Assembly (NCBI GenBank): GCA_965205865.1
Contig: CBDBHR010000030.1
Span: 992,001-1,056,000 of the forward strand
DNA length: 64,000 nt
Reading direction: 5' to 3'
Origin: a bacterium
Lineage (GTDB): Bacteria; SAR324; NAC60-12
Position 1 is the stretch's first letter, and the number at the start of each line of letters is the position of its first letter. The position numbers and the translations under genes were made by a program. The notes under the pieces were generated by a model. It was not told the DNA's origin and did not search any database. It was given only the letters and a program-made list of their open reading frames with translations. This document shows, piece by piece, positions 21,196-31,073 of the stretch.

Positions 21196-21753
21196 TCAAG
21201 AGAGAGTTTCCACGCTTGAAGACGCCTCGTCAGCTTCTTCGGACTCGCTCGCTTCTCCATGTTCAGGGGCTAAGGGCGGGGCTACTTGTGAATCAGAAGG
21301 AAGATTCTCGAATTCAGCAATCACTTTGATATCGATGTCCACCTTCACTTCCGTATGCAACTTGATACCGACTTTATGGATGCCAATTGCTTTGATGGGC
21401 TCATGTGGCACAATATTTCGGCGTGACACATCAAAACCTTGTTCCTGCAGCAGGTCCATAATCTCTTTGTTTGTCACCGAACCGAATAATCGCCCTTCCG
21501 GCCCTGCTTTTTTGGGGATCTCCAATTTCAAGACGACCAGTTTGGCTGCTTCTCCATTGGCATTTTCAATAGCAGCTTGTCTTAATTTTTTAAAAAATTG
21601 CATGCGATGCTGCAATTCCTTGGATTTCTTACCGGAAGCCAGGATGGCTTTGCCTTGGGGAAGCAGATAATTGCGCGCATAACCAGGCTTGACTTGAACC
21701 AGATCACCCAACACTCCCAAGTTGGGGTCGTCTTCTACTAAAATGATTTTCAC
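21196..21753 (-). CDS. rplI: 50S ribosomal protein L9
   Basis: VKPGYARNYLLP, GRLFGSVT. Confidence 0.97.
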   Translation of the reverse strand: MKIILVEDDPNLGVLGDLVQVKPGYARNYLLPQGKAILASGKKSKELQHRMQFFKKLRQAAIENANGEAAKLVVLKLEIPKKAGPEGRLFGSVTNKEIMDLLQEQGFDVSRRNIVPHEPIKAIGIHKVGIKLHTEVKVDIDIKVIAEFENLPSDSQVAPPLAPEHGEASESEEADEASSSVETLS

Positions 21754-21825
21754 GATTGAATCTCTCGTGTGAAATGGAAAATTCAGACCTCCCGACCTTC
21801 TCTTTGGAAAAGTCGAGGTGATCTT

Positions 21826-22083
21826 TTACGAACCTTGAGCGATATAGCCTTCCGTATAGGAGAGGAGCGCCAGATTACGCGCCCGTTTTACCTCGACCTT
21901 CAACATCCGCTGATAAGGTGCTGAAACTCCTGAAATACGGCTTGGCACGATTTTGCCGGCATCAGTAACATAATCTTTCAACAAGTCGACGTCTTTGTAA
22001 TTGATAGTCCGGATTCCTGCTTCTTTGAAGGGACAGAATTTTCGTTTACGAGGGATGACTTTTCGTCTTCTTCTATGAACCAT
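21826..22083 (-). CDS. rpsR: 30S ribosomal protein S18
   Basis: INYKDVDLLKDY...GKIVPSRISG...KRAR. Confidence 0.97.
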   Translation of the reverse strand: MVHRRRRKVIPRKRKFCPFKEAGIRTINYKDVDLLKDYVTDAGKIVPSRISGVSAPYQRMLKVEVKRARNLALLSYTEGYIAQGS

Positions 22084-22588
22084 TTTGTTCTTCCTCAGTT
22101 ACAGGGGTTTTTTCAGAGTCATTGCTGATTGCTTCGACGGTTTTTTCTTCAGAAGCGTCTGTTTCCGGCTCCTCTGTCTTTGCATCACTCGTGACTTTGT
22201 TGCTTTCTGGTTTGGCTTCCTTGTCAGGGGGCTTTTTTTCGTAGGCAACTTCCTGATGGCGCAATTCTAAAAATCGTTGATATTCTAACTGGATGTCTTC
22301 TATTCTAATCGTCTGGAATCGCATGATTTCTTCAATGAAGCGGTATTGCTGATTCAATTCCTTCAGCATCTCTTCGTCTCCCGTGATGTAGAGCAGATGA
22401 TAGACACCGTGGTTTTTTTTGTTGATCGGATAAGCCAGCCGTCGACGTCCCCAATGGTGATACTGCTGGATTGCGCCGCCTTGATGCGTGACCGTGTTTT
22501 TTACTTTATCCAGAATTCCGGACAATGCCTCTTCTGATAAATCGGGATCGGTTATAAAAACAGATTCATATCCTTGCATAAATTTCAT
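22073..22588 (-). CDS. rpsF: 30S ribosomal protein S6 with acidic tail
   Basis: YESVFI, WGRRRLAYPI; the true start may be the Met a few codons downstream. Confidence 0.95.
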   Translation of the reverse strand: MKFMQGYESVFITDPDLSEEALSGILDKVKNTVTHQGGAIQQYHHWGRRRLAYPINKKNHGVYHLLYITGDEEMLKELNQQYRFIEEIMRFQTIRIEDIQLEYQRFLELRHQEVAYEKKPPDKEAKPESNKVTSDAKTEEPETDASEEKTVEAISNDSEKTPVTEEEQNGS

Positions 22589-22686
22589 TCCCTTTCAAGT
22601 TCAGCCTGCTTTGAGCAAGCCAGTAAAATTGATATCCGGTTCGATGACCTCCAAAGGCCAATGTTTCTCTGACTCGGCAAGACTTT

Positions 22687-23262
22687 TTATTGTTCTTCAC
22701 TTGGCAAACTGAACGAGGTGTTTTCAAAAATAGAGTCGTTGATGAATCGCATCAGAAAGTGGATGACGGAGTCCTGGGTTTTTTGAAATTTCTGCCTGTC
22801 TCCACTCCGCCAGCTGCTTAAAACATAATCACGGGGCGTCACTCCTTCAGGGGGACGGTCAATTCCCAAACGTATCCGTTTGAAGCTCTCGGTTCCGAGT
22901 TGTTCGATGATGGAGCGCACGCCATTGTGTCCCCCATGCCCCCCCTCGAGGCGCAAACGCGCTTTCCCCAAAGGGAGATCCAGATCGTCATGAATGACCA
23001 CCATTTCTTCTTCCACCGGAATTTTGAAAAACCGGGAACAGGCATAAACCGTCTGGCCGCTGTTGTTCATAAAGGTCATCGGTTTCATCAAGATATATCG
23101 TGTCCCCTGCCAGGCGGATTTTGTGATTGCCGCTTGGAATTTTTTATTAAATGATGGCGCCTCCAAGCGTCGGGCCAGTTGGTCAATCACCATGAATCCG
23201 GCATTGTGTAACTGACCTTGATAGGCAATACCCGGATTCCCCAATCCGACAATCAGTTTCAT
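22687..23262 (-). CDS. pth: Peptidyl-tRNA hydrolase
   Basis: LIVGLGNPG, HNAGF, KPMTFMNNSG, GGHNG. Confidence 0.96.
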   Translation of the reverse strand: MKLIVGLGNPGIAYQGQLHNAGFMVIDQLARRLEAPSFNKKFQAAITKSAWQGTRYILMKPMTFMNNSGQTVYACSRFFKIPVEEEMVVIHDDLDLPLGKARLRLEGGHGGHNGVRSIIEQLGTESFKRIRLGIDRPPEGVTPRDYVLSSWRSGDRQKFQKTQDSVIHFLMRFINDSIFENTSFSLPSEEQ

Positions 23263-23843
23263 TCATCTTCTTCTGTTGTGTTGCGACCAATGATTGTCGC
23301 AATGCTATAATTTTCTTTGGCGTTAATGGATACGGAGTCAGGGCAATTCACGTTTTGTACGCGGACGGTTTGATGAAAGTCTAAATTTGAAACGTCCACC
23401 TCGAGCACTCTGGGAATATAGGAAGGTAAACAGGTGATAGGAATTTCGCGAACAACCATTTGTATGATCCCTCCCTTTTCCTCTCCAGGCGAAGATCCGA
23501 TGGTTTTGAGGGGAACTTTCAAGTTGATGGGTTTTTCAGCATCCAACTTGCGGAAATCCAAATGGAACAATTCCCGTCGATACGGGTGTTTTTGTATCTC
23601 TTGAATCAAAACCCGGTGTTCCGTGGTTTTGCCCTCTTCATCAGTAATCCGCAAAGGAATCAATTGATGCAATCCATCCAGTCCTGAAATGAATCGCCGA
23701 GTGGTCTCCTCTTCCATTTCCAAGGCAATCATTTCCCCCACTCCATAAAGAATAGCCGGGATTTTATTCTGGTATCTCAAACGGCGACTGGCCTTTTTTC
23801 CCCTGGAGTGACGCACATTTGCCATCAATGATTCTACTGACAT
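23259..23843 (-). CDS. rplY: 50S ribosomal protein L25/Ctc
   Basis: SRRLRYQNKIPAILYG, HLDF, C-terminal Ctc domain. Confidence 0.95.
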   Translation of the reverse strand: MSVESLMANVRHSRGKKASRRLRYQNKIPAILYGVGEMIALEMEEETTRRFISGLDGLHQLIPLRITDEEGKTTEHRVLIQEIQKHPYRRELFHLDFRKLDAEKPINLKVPLKTIGSSPGEEKGGIIQMVVREIPITCLPSYIPRVLEVDVSNLDFHQTVRVQNVNCPDSVSINAKENYSIATIIGRNTTEEDE

Positions 23844-24011
23844 CCAAAGCTCCTCTTTTCATGGATTTTAAAAAACAAACTTCCCTTATACCTCATTTTG
23901 AAGGTTATCGTCAACAAATATTTAATTCCCAAGTAGAGCGATTATTGATGAAAAAATCCCTAGACCGTGGAAAAAAGTTTGTATTTCAGTGGCTGACGCA
24001 AAAATTACTCA

Positions 24012-24169
24012 GGAATGAAATTTAAATAAGTTAGAAGTATGGATACGCAAAATTAGGGTACACGTAACAGCAGGCATAAAACAGTAAAGTTGGGATGCGC
24101 AGCGGTGTACATGTCCCCTAATTTTGCTCACACCATTGGAAGAATTACAGGTTATTTAAGGTTTGTTTC
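24012..24169. mobile_element. 158-bp MITE, copy 1
   Basis: Imperfect terminal inverted repeats; flanked by a TCA direct repeat; near-identical inverted copies at 28455 and 50822. Confidence 0.85.
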
Positions 24170-24206
24170 TCAGAGCTTCAATACAACCCGACAGGTAAGG
24201 AGCTTC

Positions 24207-24380
24207 ATGGAAAAATATACAAGAATTCAGAGTAATAACAAGCAGATAATCGATGTGATTCAGTCAAGCGATGAACAATTGACAAGTAATGCCGGATTGG
24301 CCTTGTTTGCCCAGAATCCGCAAAGCATTCAACTGATGCCGATCATCGATGGGATATTTGGCTGGATGCGTAAAAAAATG
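24207..24380 (+). pseudogene. Transposase N-terminal fragment, IS1380-like
   Basis: EQLTSNAGLALFAQ motif, after which similarity is lost. Confidence 0.45.
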
Positions 24381-24571
24381 GATCAGCAAGGAAGGAAGAC
24401 AGAGGGCGCTGAAGACCCCCCACAAGCTCACCTCAGCGTTGACAAGCCTGTCGAATCTCCTAAACGAAAGATCTCTTGAATTGAAGTAATATTTCGATAT
24501 GGTATGATTTTTTGTATTTCCATATGGATTAATTTTTTTCACCCCTTGTACAGAGTTGAGTTATCACAAGC

Positions 24572-24720
24572 GTGAGAACAGCAATTTCACTGGAGCAAGG
24601 GTTTTTAAAGCGTATCAACGACCTTGCTCGAGAAATGGAGTTCTCCCCAAGTCGTTTATTTGCGCTTGCAGTAGAAGAATTTCTTCACAAAATTAAAAAT
24701 TATTGCGACAAATAAATGCG
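24572..24720 (+). pseudogene. Ribbon-helix-helix (CopG-like) antitoxin remnant
   Basis: VRTAISLEQGFLKRINDLAREMEFSPSRLFALAVEEFL, then a frameshift (LLRQINA continues in another frame). Confidence 0.5.
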
Positions 24721-24796
24721 GAAACGAGAATCAAGGATTTTATTGAAGAAGAAAATAGCGCAGCAAAGAGTGCCTGAAATCATAGAGAAAACCGAC

Positions 24797-25804
24797 ATGA
24801 GCAGCATTGAAAACAAATCCCTGAACCAGTGGCTGGAGCAAGAGACTCCGGAAACCGTGCTTGAACCCGAATTGCCCATCATTGATTCCCATCATCATCT
24901 ATGGGATCTTCGCAAATCCACCACAAACCCCCCTTCCCAATTTATGCAGAAGCTGTATCTCTGCGAAGAGTTTTCCAAGGATATCCGGGAAGGGGGGCAC
25001 CATATCGTACAGACCGTCTTTGCGCAGTGCCACGCCTTCTTTCGGGCTGATGGCCCTGAGGCCATGAAATGCGTCGGCGAGACAGAAGTGGTCCATGGGA
25101 TTGCCTCCATGAGCCGCTCCGGTTTGTATGGAAAACCTCGCCTGTGTACAGGCATTTTCGGAACGGCCGATCTCACTTCAGGGAAAGCGGTGGAAGCGGT
25201 ACTTCAGGCGCATTTGGCAGCCTCCCCCAACTTTCGTGGAATCCGCATGCCCTTCTCCAAAGACCTCAATGCCCAATTTCTTGAAGGATATCGGCTGCTG
25301 GGAAAGTATAACCTGAGCTACGACAACTACTCTCCGGATTATGAACGGCTCCCTCTGCTGGCAAAACTAGCCAGGCAAGTCCCCGAAGTCCCCATCATCG
25401 TCAATCACCTGGGGGGCAAGGTTGTTCCGGATGATGAGCAAAAGTGGCGTGAGTGTGTCAAAGCCATTGCTGAGTGCCCCAATGCTTACATGAAAACGGG
25501 GGGGGCTCAGCAACGGGTCGATCACTGGGAGCCGCCTTTCCACAGGCATCAACGGAAAACTCCGATCGGCTCTGAAGAATTATGTGAATTGCTGTATCCC
25601 TATTATTTATATGCAATCGAAACGTTTGGCCCGGAACGTTGTATGTTTGAGAGCAATTTCCCGGTTGATAAAGAGTGTGTTTCCTATCGCACCTTATGGA
25701 ATGCGTTTAAACTGATTGCCGCAAAAGCGGGCTTGAGTGAATCGGAGAAAACCCAAATGTTTAGCGGTACCGCCGTACGGGCTTACCGTTTGCCACCGAT
25801 ATGA
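24797..25804 (+). CDS. Amidohydrolase-2 family protein (sugar-lactonase-like)
   Basis: IIDSHHHLWD, VNHLGG, FESNFPVDK. Confidence 0.88.
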   Translation: MSSIENKSLNQWLEQETPETVLEPELPIIDSHHHLWDLRKSTTNPPSQFMQKLYLCEEFSKDIREGGHHIVQTVFAQCHAFFRADGPEAMKCVGETEVVHGIASMSRSGLYGKPRLCTGIFGTADLTSGKAVEAVLQAHLAASPNFRGIRMPFSKDLNAQFLEGYRLLGKYNLSYDNYSPDYERLPLLAKLARQVPEVPIIVNHLGGKVVPDDEQKWRECVKAIAECPNAYMKTGGAQQRVDHWEPPFHRHQRKTPIGSEELCELLYPYYLYAIETFGPERCMFESNFPVDKECVSYRTLWNAFKLIAAKAGLSESEKTQMFSGTAVRAYRLPPI

Positions 25805-26039
25805 AAGAGACAAAGATAACCTTGAGTTGCCAATAATGGCAGGTGTTATGAAGGCGCCGCCCGCTGGCCCGGACGAAATCCTGAAGGGCTGAGCTGTCTT
25901 GATGCGGATCACCCTGGAGGCTATCCGGAAAAACCCTCCCCCACGACTCGGAGGGGAGGATCTCAAACAAGAAACAAAAAAATTGTCGGAGGGCAAGCGG
26001 CCGTTGCCCTCCTGGAGTTGCTTGGCAATCAACCCAATG

Positions 26040-27866
26040 CTAATGCCCCATCTCCTTCTTCAGCTCCTGGTCGATCCAGAGGCGGGCGAAGATGGTGAAA
26101 TTTTGCATGCCGCCCAAGCCGGCTTCGCCGCCAAACCCTTTGACCCACGGCTGGTGCACCTGCCAGAAGGGAAAAAACGGTCCCCAGATGGCATAGAAAT
26201 TGTTGACCACGATCTGGTCCACCTCTTTGAGATACTTCCGCTGCTCCTCATAATTGGACGCTGCTTGGGCGGCGTCTATGGCGGCGTCCAGCTCCGGGTC
26301 CTTGACATTGGAAAAGTTCCACAATTGTGTCGAGTGAAAGCGACCTACTTGAGTCATCGGATCCGCCCTCGTGCCCATTATGGTACCGATGATTCCAAAA
26401 TTTCTATCCTTTATCGCAGCGCCAAAAGCGGCACCTACCTTGACATCAATCCTGGCATCAATGCCAATCTGACGAAAATATTCGGCGACCAATTCTGCCC
26501 AGCTGGGGTCGCTGCGCGCAAAGGAGACATAATCGGTCTTGAAGCCATCGGGGTAGCCTGCCTCCGCCAGCAGCTTTTTCGCACCTTCCGGGTCATAGGT
26601 ATGGTATTGCCTGACCTCTTCGGGCCACTCTTCAAAGGGGACATAATACCCTTTGAATTCAAGTCCATACAATCCCCGGGGCGTGATGTCTCCAATCCCC
26701 TTATAGTAGGTATTTTTAATGGTCTCCAGGTCCAGGGCCATCTGCATGGCCTGGCGCACCCGGATGTCGTCAAAGGGTTTGATCTGAGTGTTGACCCCGA
26801 AAGAATAGTTCGACCGTTCGACGTACTCATGAAACACGAGTTCGGGGTTGGTCCGCTTGAGGCTTTCAAACTGGTCGACATTTTGGATATAGGATTGGCC
26901 CTGCCAGCCGAGGTGATCCACCTTGCCCGAGCGTAGGGCTGCTATATAGCTTGCCGATTCCGCCATCAACAGAACCCTGAACCCGTCCATATAGGGCAAG
27001 CGGTTCTGCGGGAACTTCTCGTCATTGCTCCAGTAGTTCGGATTCTTTGTAAAGGACATCGAGACCCCCTCGTGCCGCCCGGTCATCTCAAAAGGCCCGG
27101 TGCCGGCCAGGTGCCTCCAGTTTTTCAGCACCTTATTTTCCCCTTCGCCATGTTGCTGGATGGTTTCGGGGGGAAAAATAAAGAGATTGGACCCGTCCAT
27201 GATAACGTTCGGGGCATTGAGGCGGGGCTCCGTCAGTTTAAAAACGATCGTATATTTGTCAGTGGCCGTGATCGACTCCAGCGGTAACTCCCCGAATACC
27301 CCTGCTTGTGGACTCGGTTTGCTGAAGCCACTGCCGCGTCCCAAATAACGGTGATAGTTCCATTCGATATCCTTGGCCGTCAATTCTCTCCCATTGGCCG
27401 GGGGCTTATCATGGAAGCGCACGCCCTTGCGGATGTAAAAGACGTACGTGAGCGGGTCGCTCTGCTCCCAGCCTTCCGCCAGGGCTCCCCGAATGGCGAA
27501 GAGCGGCAGCATATAGCCGCTCACCAAAGCATAGGAATCCCTCGGTTGGGCCCAGTCCGAGATGCCCAGTTTCTCGACAATACCACTGATTTCACCTGCT
27601 GCTCCTCCGCTCACCCAGGTATCAAAGACTTGACCCGGATCCTTCTTGGCCAAGGTCAAGCTCCCCCCATACTGGGGCGCATCCACCATCTTTTTGATGG
27701 AGGGGTCCCAGGCCATCTTTTTGGCCATCCCTGCCGATGGGAAGACCCCGAATGCGGCCACCATCAAGGTGAGAGTGAGCAACCAGGATTGCGTTTTTGC
27801 GGCAGACCGGGAGCCTGCCGGGTTCAGCCCCGCGATGGAGGCGACAAGTTTCTTTAACATACTCAT
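26040..27866 (-). CDS. Family-5 ABC solute-binding protein (orphan, no adjacent permease)
   Basis: Signal-like N-terminus, PQYGGSL, LAEGWEQ, GTGPF, VRQAMQMALD; RBS GAGGT before ATG 27866. Confidence 0.92.
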   Translation of the reverse strand: MSMLKKLVASIAGLNPAGSRSAAKTQSWLLTLTLMVAAFGVFPSAGMAKKMAWDPSIKKMVDAPQYGGSLTLAKKDPGQVFDTWVSGGAAGEISGIVEKLGISDWAQPRDSYALVSGYMLPLFAIRGALAEGWEQSDPLTYVFYIRKGVRFHDKPPANGRELTAKDIEWNYHRYLGRGSGFSKPSPQAGVFGELPLESITATDKYTIVFKLTEPRLNAPNVIMDGSNLFIFPPETIQQHGEGENKVLKNWRHLAGTGPFEMTGRHEGVSMSFTKNPNYWSNDEKFPQNRLPYMDGFRVLLMAESASYIAALRSGKVDHLGWQGQSYIQNVDQFESLKRTNPELVFHEYVERSNYSFGVNTQIKPFDDIRVRQAMQMALDLETIKNTYYKGIGDITPRGLYGLEFKGYYVPFEEWPEEVRQYHTYDPEGAKKLLAEAGYPDGFKTDYVSFARSDPSWAELVAEYFRQIGIDARIDVKVGAAFGAAIKDRNFGIIGTIMGTRADPMTQVGRFHSTQLWNFSNVKDPELDAAIDAAQAASNYEEQRKYLKEVDQIVVNNFYAIWGPFFPFWQVHQPWVKGFGGEAGLGGMQNFTIFARLWIDQELKKEMGH

Positions 27867-28091
27867 ATTTACCTCTTTTGATTGAGAGTGACAAGAACGA
27901 TTCACCCCCCATGAGGTGAATCGGCTCCCCGCTCCCCGCTTTCGCGGGGACAAGTTTGCGGGGACAAGCTTTTTTGCAGCAGACACAACGTCTGCCGCGG
28001 GCAGCCCTACCAAGAGGGTCAATAATTTGCTTACAACCATAACTCCTCCGATCGGGAACCCTCTCCTTCACCAACACAACTTGCTGAAGGC

Positions 28092-28120
28092 ACGATACTA
28101 GCACTACTACGCAATGTCAA
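28092..28120 (-). promoter_or_regulatory. Putative sigma70 promoter of the SBP gene
   Basis: TTGACA-17 bp-TATCGT on the minus strand. Confidence 0.5.
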
Positions 28121-28252
28121 CCCCCTGACATAAAATAAATGCGGGATTCGCAAAAAAAATCAATAAATCTGCTCAAATCCGGGGACAGTCAGAAGCCGTT
28201 CAGTTCAATAACGATGAAAAAGATTCCCAAGGAGGATCAATCGTTTTCACGT

Positions 28253-28396
28253 CCTCCCACGATATTGTTCAATCGATTGGGCGGGAACCCTCCCACGATA
28301 TTGTTCAATCGATTGGGCGGGAACCCTCCCACGATATTGTTCAATCGATTGGGCGGGAACCCTCCCACGCTTATTTTGAATCGATCGAGCGGGAAC
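28253..28396. repeat. 36-bp tandem repeat (three identical units plus one variant)
   Basis: CCTCCCACGATATTGTTCAATCGATTGGGCGGGAAC x3, no spacers. Confidence 0.95.
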
Positions 28397-28454
28397 CTTC
28401 TCCTTCCTTTAAACAACAAGGCATAATTTTATCAATTCAACTACGCAACCTTAA

Positions 28455-28612
28455 GGAACAAACCTTAAATAACCTGTAATTTTTCCAATGGTGTGAGCAA
28501 AATTGGGGGACATGTACACCGCTGCGCATCCCAACTCTACTGTTTTATGCCTGCTGTTACGTGTCCCCTAATTTTGCGTATCCATACTTCTAACTTATTT
28601 GAATTTCATTCC
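28455..28612. mobile_element. 158-bp MITE, copy 2
   Basis: GGAACAAACC...TTCATTCC flanked by TAA/TAA. Confidence 0.88.
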
Positions 28613-28867
28613 TAAGTCCCAAATGAAAAAAGTGCGGGATTCGCAAAAAAATTTAAAAACAACCAAATCAATGAAGGAGAGGATTGATTTTTTTTGAAAA
28701 TGTAGGATGGTAAATGGCTGGGTTGGGGAGATTCTCGTAAAATAGAGGCATTTTCCGGAAAATACGCTTGGAATCCTTTACTTCAACCCGAGTTGCAGCG
28801 ATTCTGGAAAAGCAGCAGCTTTTTAAGATGATTTTCGTGCCCGGGGAATCCAATCATTTGAAATTGA

Positions 28868-29498
28868 GCGGGTTATTTCCGCATTGTTTATTGCTGCGCT
28901 GAAGAAACCATCCACCGCACCCTCCCCCATTTTGAAAGACTGGCACGGAAATTCGGGCTTTGCTGACATCACCCGCGATTGCTTTGCTTCTTAATTTAAT
29001 TGTTCCACTTTCCCCGCTTCGTCTCGAGAGCATGGTCAAAGTTCAAGCGATTCTAAAGCACCGCTTTTCCATCGACCCAATGTCCCCGGAGACACTAACG
29101 GAGTCGCCTCGTCCCGTGCCGTAGCGGTGTCTCGGCGCGGGTCGGATATGACTGGCGCCCTTGCAACGAAGCGGTGGAGTGTCGGACGGCGGCAGCCGTC
29201 ACCTCAAATGAGGTAGGGACGGTACTGAAAGGGGACGGTCTGCACCGTTTTGTTGGGCATTTTGATTAGTATGGAGGCTCAGCCGGGCCTTCATAACCAC
29301 ACATACCAAGTCTGGGAGAATTGACCAGTGGTGACGGTTCACCATATTCCTTGTGTGAATGTCCATCAGCATGATTGTCACATAAGTAACCAGCCTCGTC
29401 ATGTTCATAGAGACATTCCATACACAGCCATGAAGCAGGTTGGTCACATTCGATACAACCAGCATCTGGTAATTCATTACGACTCATTAAAAATACGG
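28868..29498. repeat. Duplicate of about 40167-40798 (3' end of the aminotransferase gene, intergenic region and 3' end of the next gene)
   Basis: Near-identical sequence, including the aminotransferase tail EETIH...HFERLARKFGLC-stop. Confidence 0.9.
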
Positions 29499-29949
29499 GA
29501 TTTTTTGAAAGAGCTTTACCTGTGCGTTGCCCTATTACCCTGACCAGAGTTTCAGAAGAAGTCCCAAAATCGTAAATATGAGTGAATTCCGCTCCTTTCT
29601 GAAAAAGCCGACTCACTGGAGTCTCCATGGAGATCTCGTCACCTTTCCACCCACCTATGGAAAATTGACTCAGATGCCCACAACATTCTAACCAAATACG
29701 ACGCAAATAATTATCTAAATCCAATAATTTAGACAAGCTTTTCATTTCCAAATGCAGCCAAAACTCTTTTTGCCATGAATCTTGAATTTGTAAATGATAA
29801 ATTTCCTGTGCTTTTCCTGATTTTTTATTAACAATTTCAATTATTTTTTTATATTCCGGGCAACTTGAAAAGTGCTTTGTAATTCCTCCTCTTGTCATTG
29901 TTTTACCACAAAATTGACACACTCCTCGTGAGGGATTTTCTGATGGCAT
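29266..29949 (-). CDS. Cys/His-rich hypothetical protein with a pRiA4b ORF-3-like core
   Basis: N-terminal CxxC...HxxxC, WLECCGHLSQF, YDFG motif, C-terminal CxxC pairs and NSPRLGMCGY. Confidence 0.7.
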   Translation of the reverse strand: MPSENPSRGVCQFCGKTMTRGGITKHFSSCPEYKKIIEIVNKKSGKAQEIYHLQIQDSWQKEFWLHLEMKSLSKLLDLDNYLRRIWLECCGHLSQFSIGGWKGDEISMETPVSRLFQKGAEFTHIYDFGTSSETLVRVIGQRTGKALSKNPVFLMSRNELPDAGCIECDQPASWLCMECLYEHDEAGYLCDNHADGHSHKEYGEPSPLVNSPRLGMCGYEGPAEPPY

Positions 29950-30146
29950 TTGACCTCCTGCATATGATTATTTTAACCCAGGTTGAGCGATTCACAATAA
30001 AAATGCTCTCGAGCATAGGGAGAAAGTGTTGTATTGCGGTGAGTAACATAAAAATATCCACAAAATCCAACACAATCCGACAGGCAGAGAACCTTATGGA
30101 AGACAATAAAACAGTTCAGCGCAAAAAGAAACAGAAAGATGTCCTC

Positions 30147-30898
30147 TTCTAAAACTGTAGGGAGTATCGAGTCAGTTTCTCAGTTTGAAATAATTCAAGC
30201 AATCCCGATGACTGTGTCATGCCTGACTTGATCAGGCATCCGGAAGTTCATCAGCAAATACTCCGGATTCCTGGTCAAGCCAGGAATGACGTTGGAAAGA
30301 CTGAGAAAGCCTCTATTGGTTTTTCCGTTTCTAAAACTGTAGGGAGTATCGAGTCAGTTTCTCAGTTTGAAATAATTCAAGCAATCCCGATGACTGTGTC
30401 ATGCCTGACTTGATCAGGCATCCGGAAGTTCATCAGCAAATACTCCGGATTCCTGGTCAAGCCAGGAATGACGTTGGAAAGACTGAGAAAGCCTCTATTG
30501 GTTTTTCCGTTTCTAAAACTGTAGGGAGTATCGAGTCAGTTTCTCAGTTTGAAATAATTCAAGCAATCCCGATGACTGTGTCATGCCTGACTTGATCAGG
30601 CATCCGGAAGTACATCAGCAAATACTCCGGATTCCTGGTCAAGCCAGGAATGACGTTAGAAAGACTGAGAAAGCCTCTATTGGTTTTTCCGTTTCTAAAA
30701 CTGTAGGGAGTATTGAGTCAGTTTCTCAGTTTGAAATAATTCAAGCAATCCCGATGACTGTGTCATGCCTGACTTGATCAGGCATCCGGAAGTTCATCAG
30801 CAAATACTCTGGATTCCTGGTCAAGCCAGGAATGACGTTGGAAAGACTGAGAAAGCCTCTATTGGTTTTTTCCGTTTCTAAAACTGTAGGGAGTATTG
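30147..30898. repeat. Head-to-tail tandem array of four ~182-bp palindromic units
   Basis: Period 182 bp; core GTCATGCCTGACTTGATCAGGCATCC...GGATTCCTGGTCAAGCCAGGAATGAC. Confidence 0.95.
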
Positions 30899-30982
30899 GT
30901 TAAGTCATTTAACCAATTGCGAACTTGAGAGACCTGAATAGTTACTAAAAAATATAAAATTCGGCATTTTTATAAAAAAAGT

Positions 30983-31020
30983 TTGACATCTTGTTAGCAC
31001 TCCTCTATTATGAGTGCTAA
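30983..31020 (+). promoter_or_regulatory. sigma70 promoter overlapped by a perfect CIRCE (HrcA operator)
   Basis: TTGACA 30983-30988, 17 bp, TATTAT 31006-31011; TTAGCACTC-N9-GAGTGCTAA at 30994-31020. Confidence 0.95.
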
Positions 31021-31073
31021 CAAGTTAAATAAATCAATTTTTTCAACAATCATATCATAAAGAAGGAGGACCT

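Noticed and set aside
25899-26936. 345-aa plus-strand ORF and similar long antisense ORFs over the ABC genes
   Set aside because: They are shadows of GC-rich minus-strand coding sequence with no recognisable motifs
28253-28396. CRISPR array (36-bp repeats)
   Set aside because: Units abut with no spacers and there are no cas genes in the window
30147-30898. CRISPR-like array, or three 64-aa protein genes
   Set aside because: Whole units are near-identical with no variable spacers; the ORFs are by-products of the repeat and lack an evident RBS
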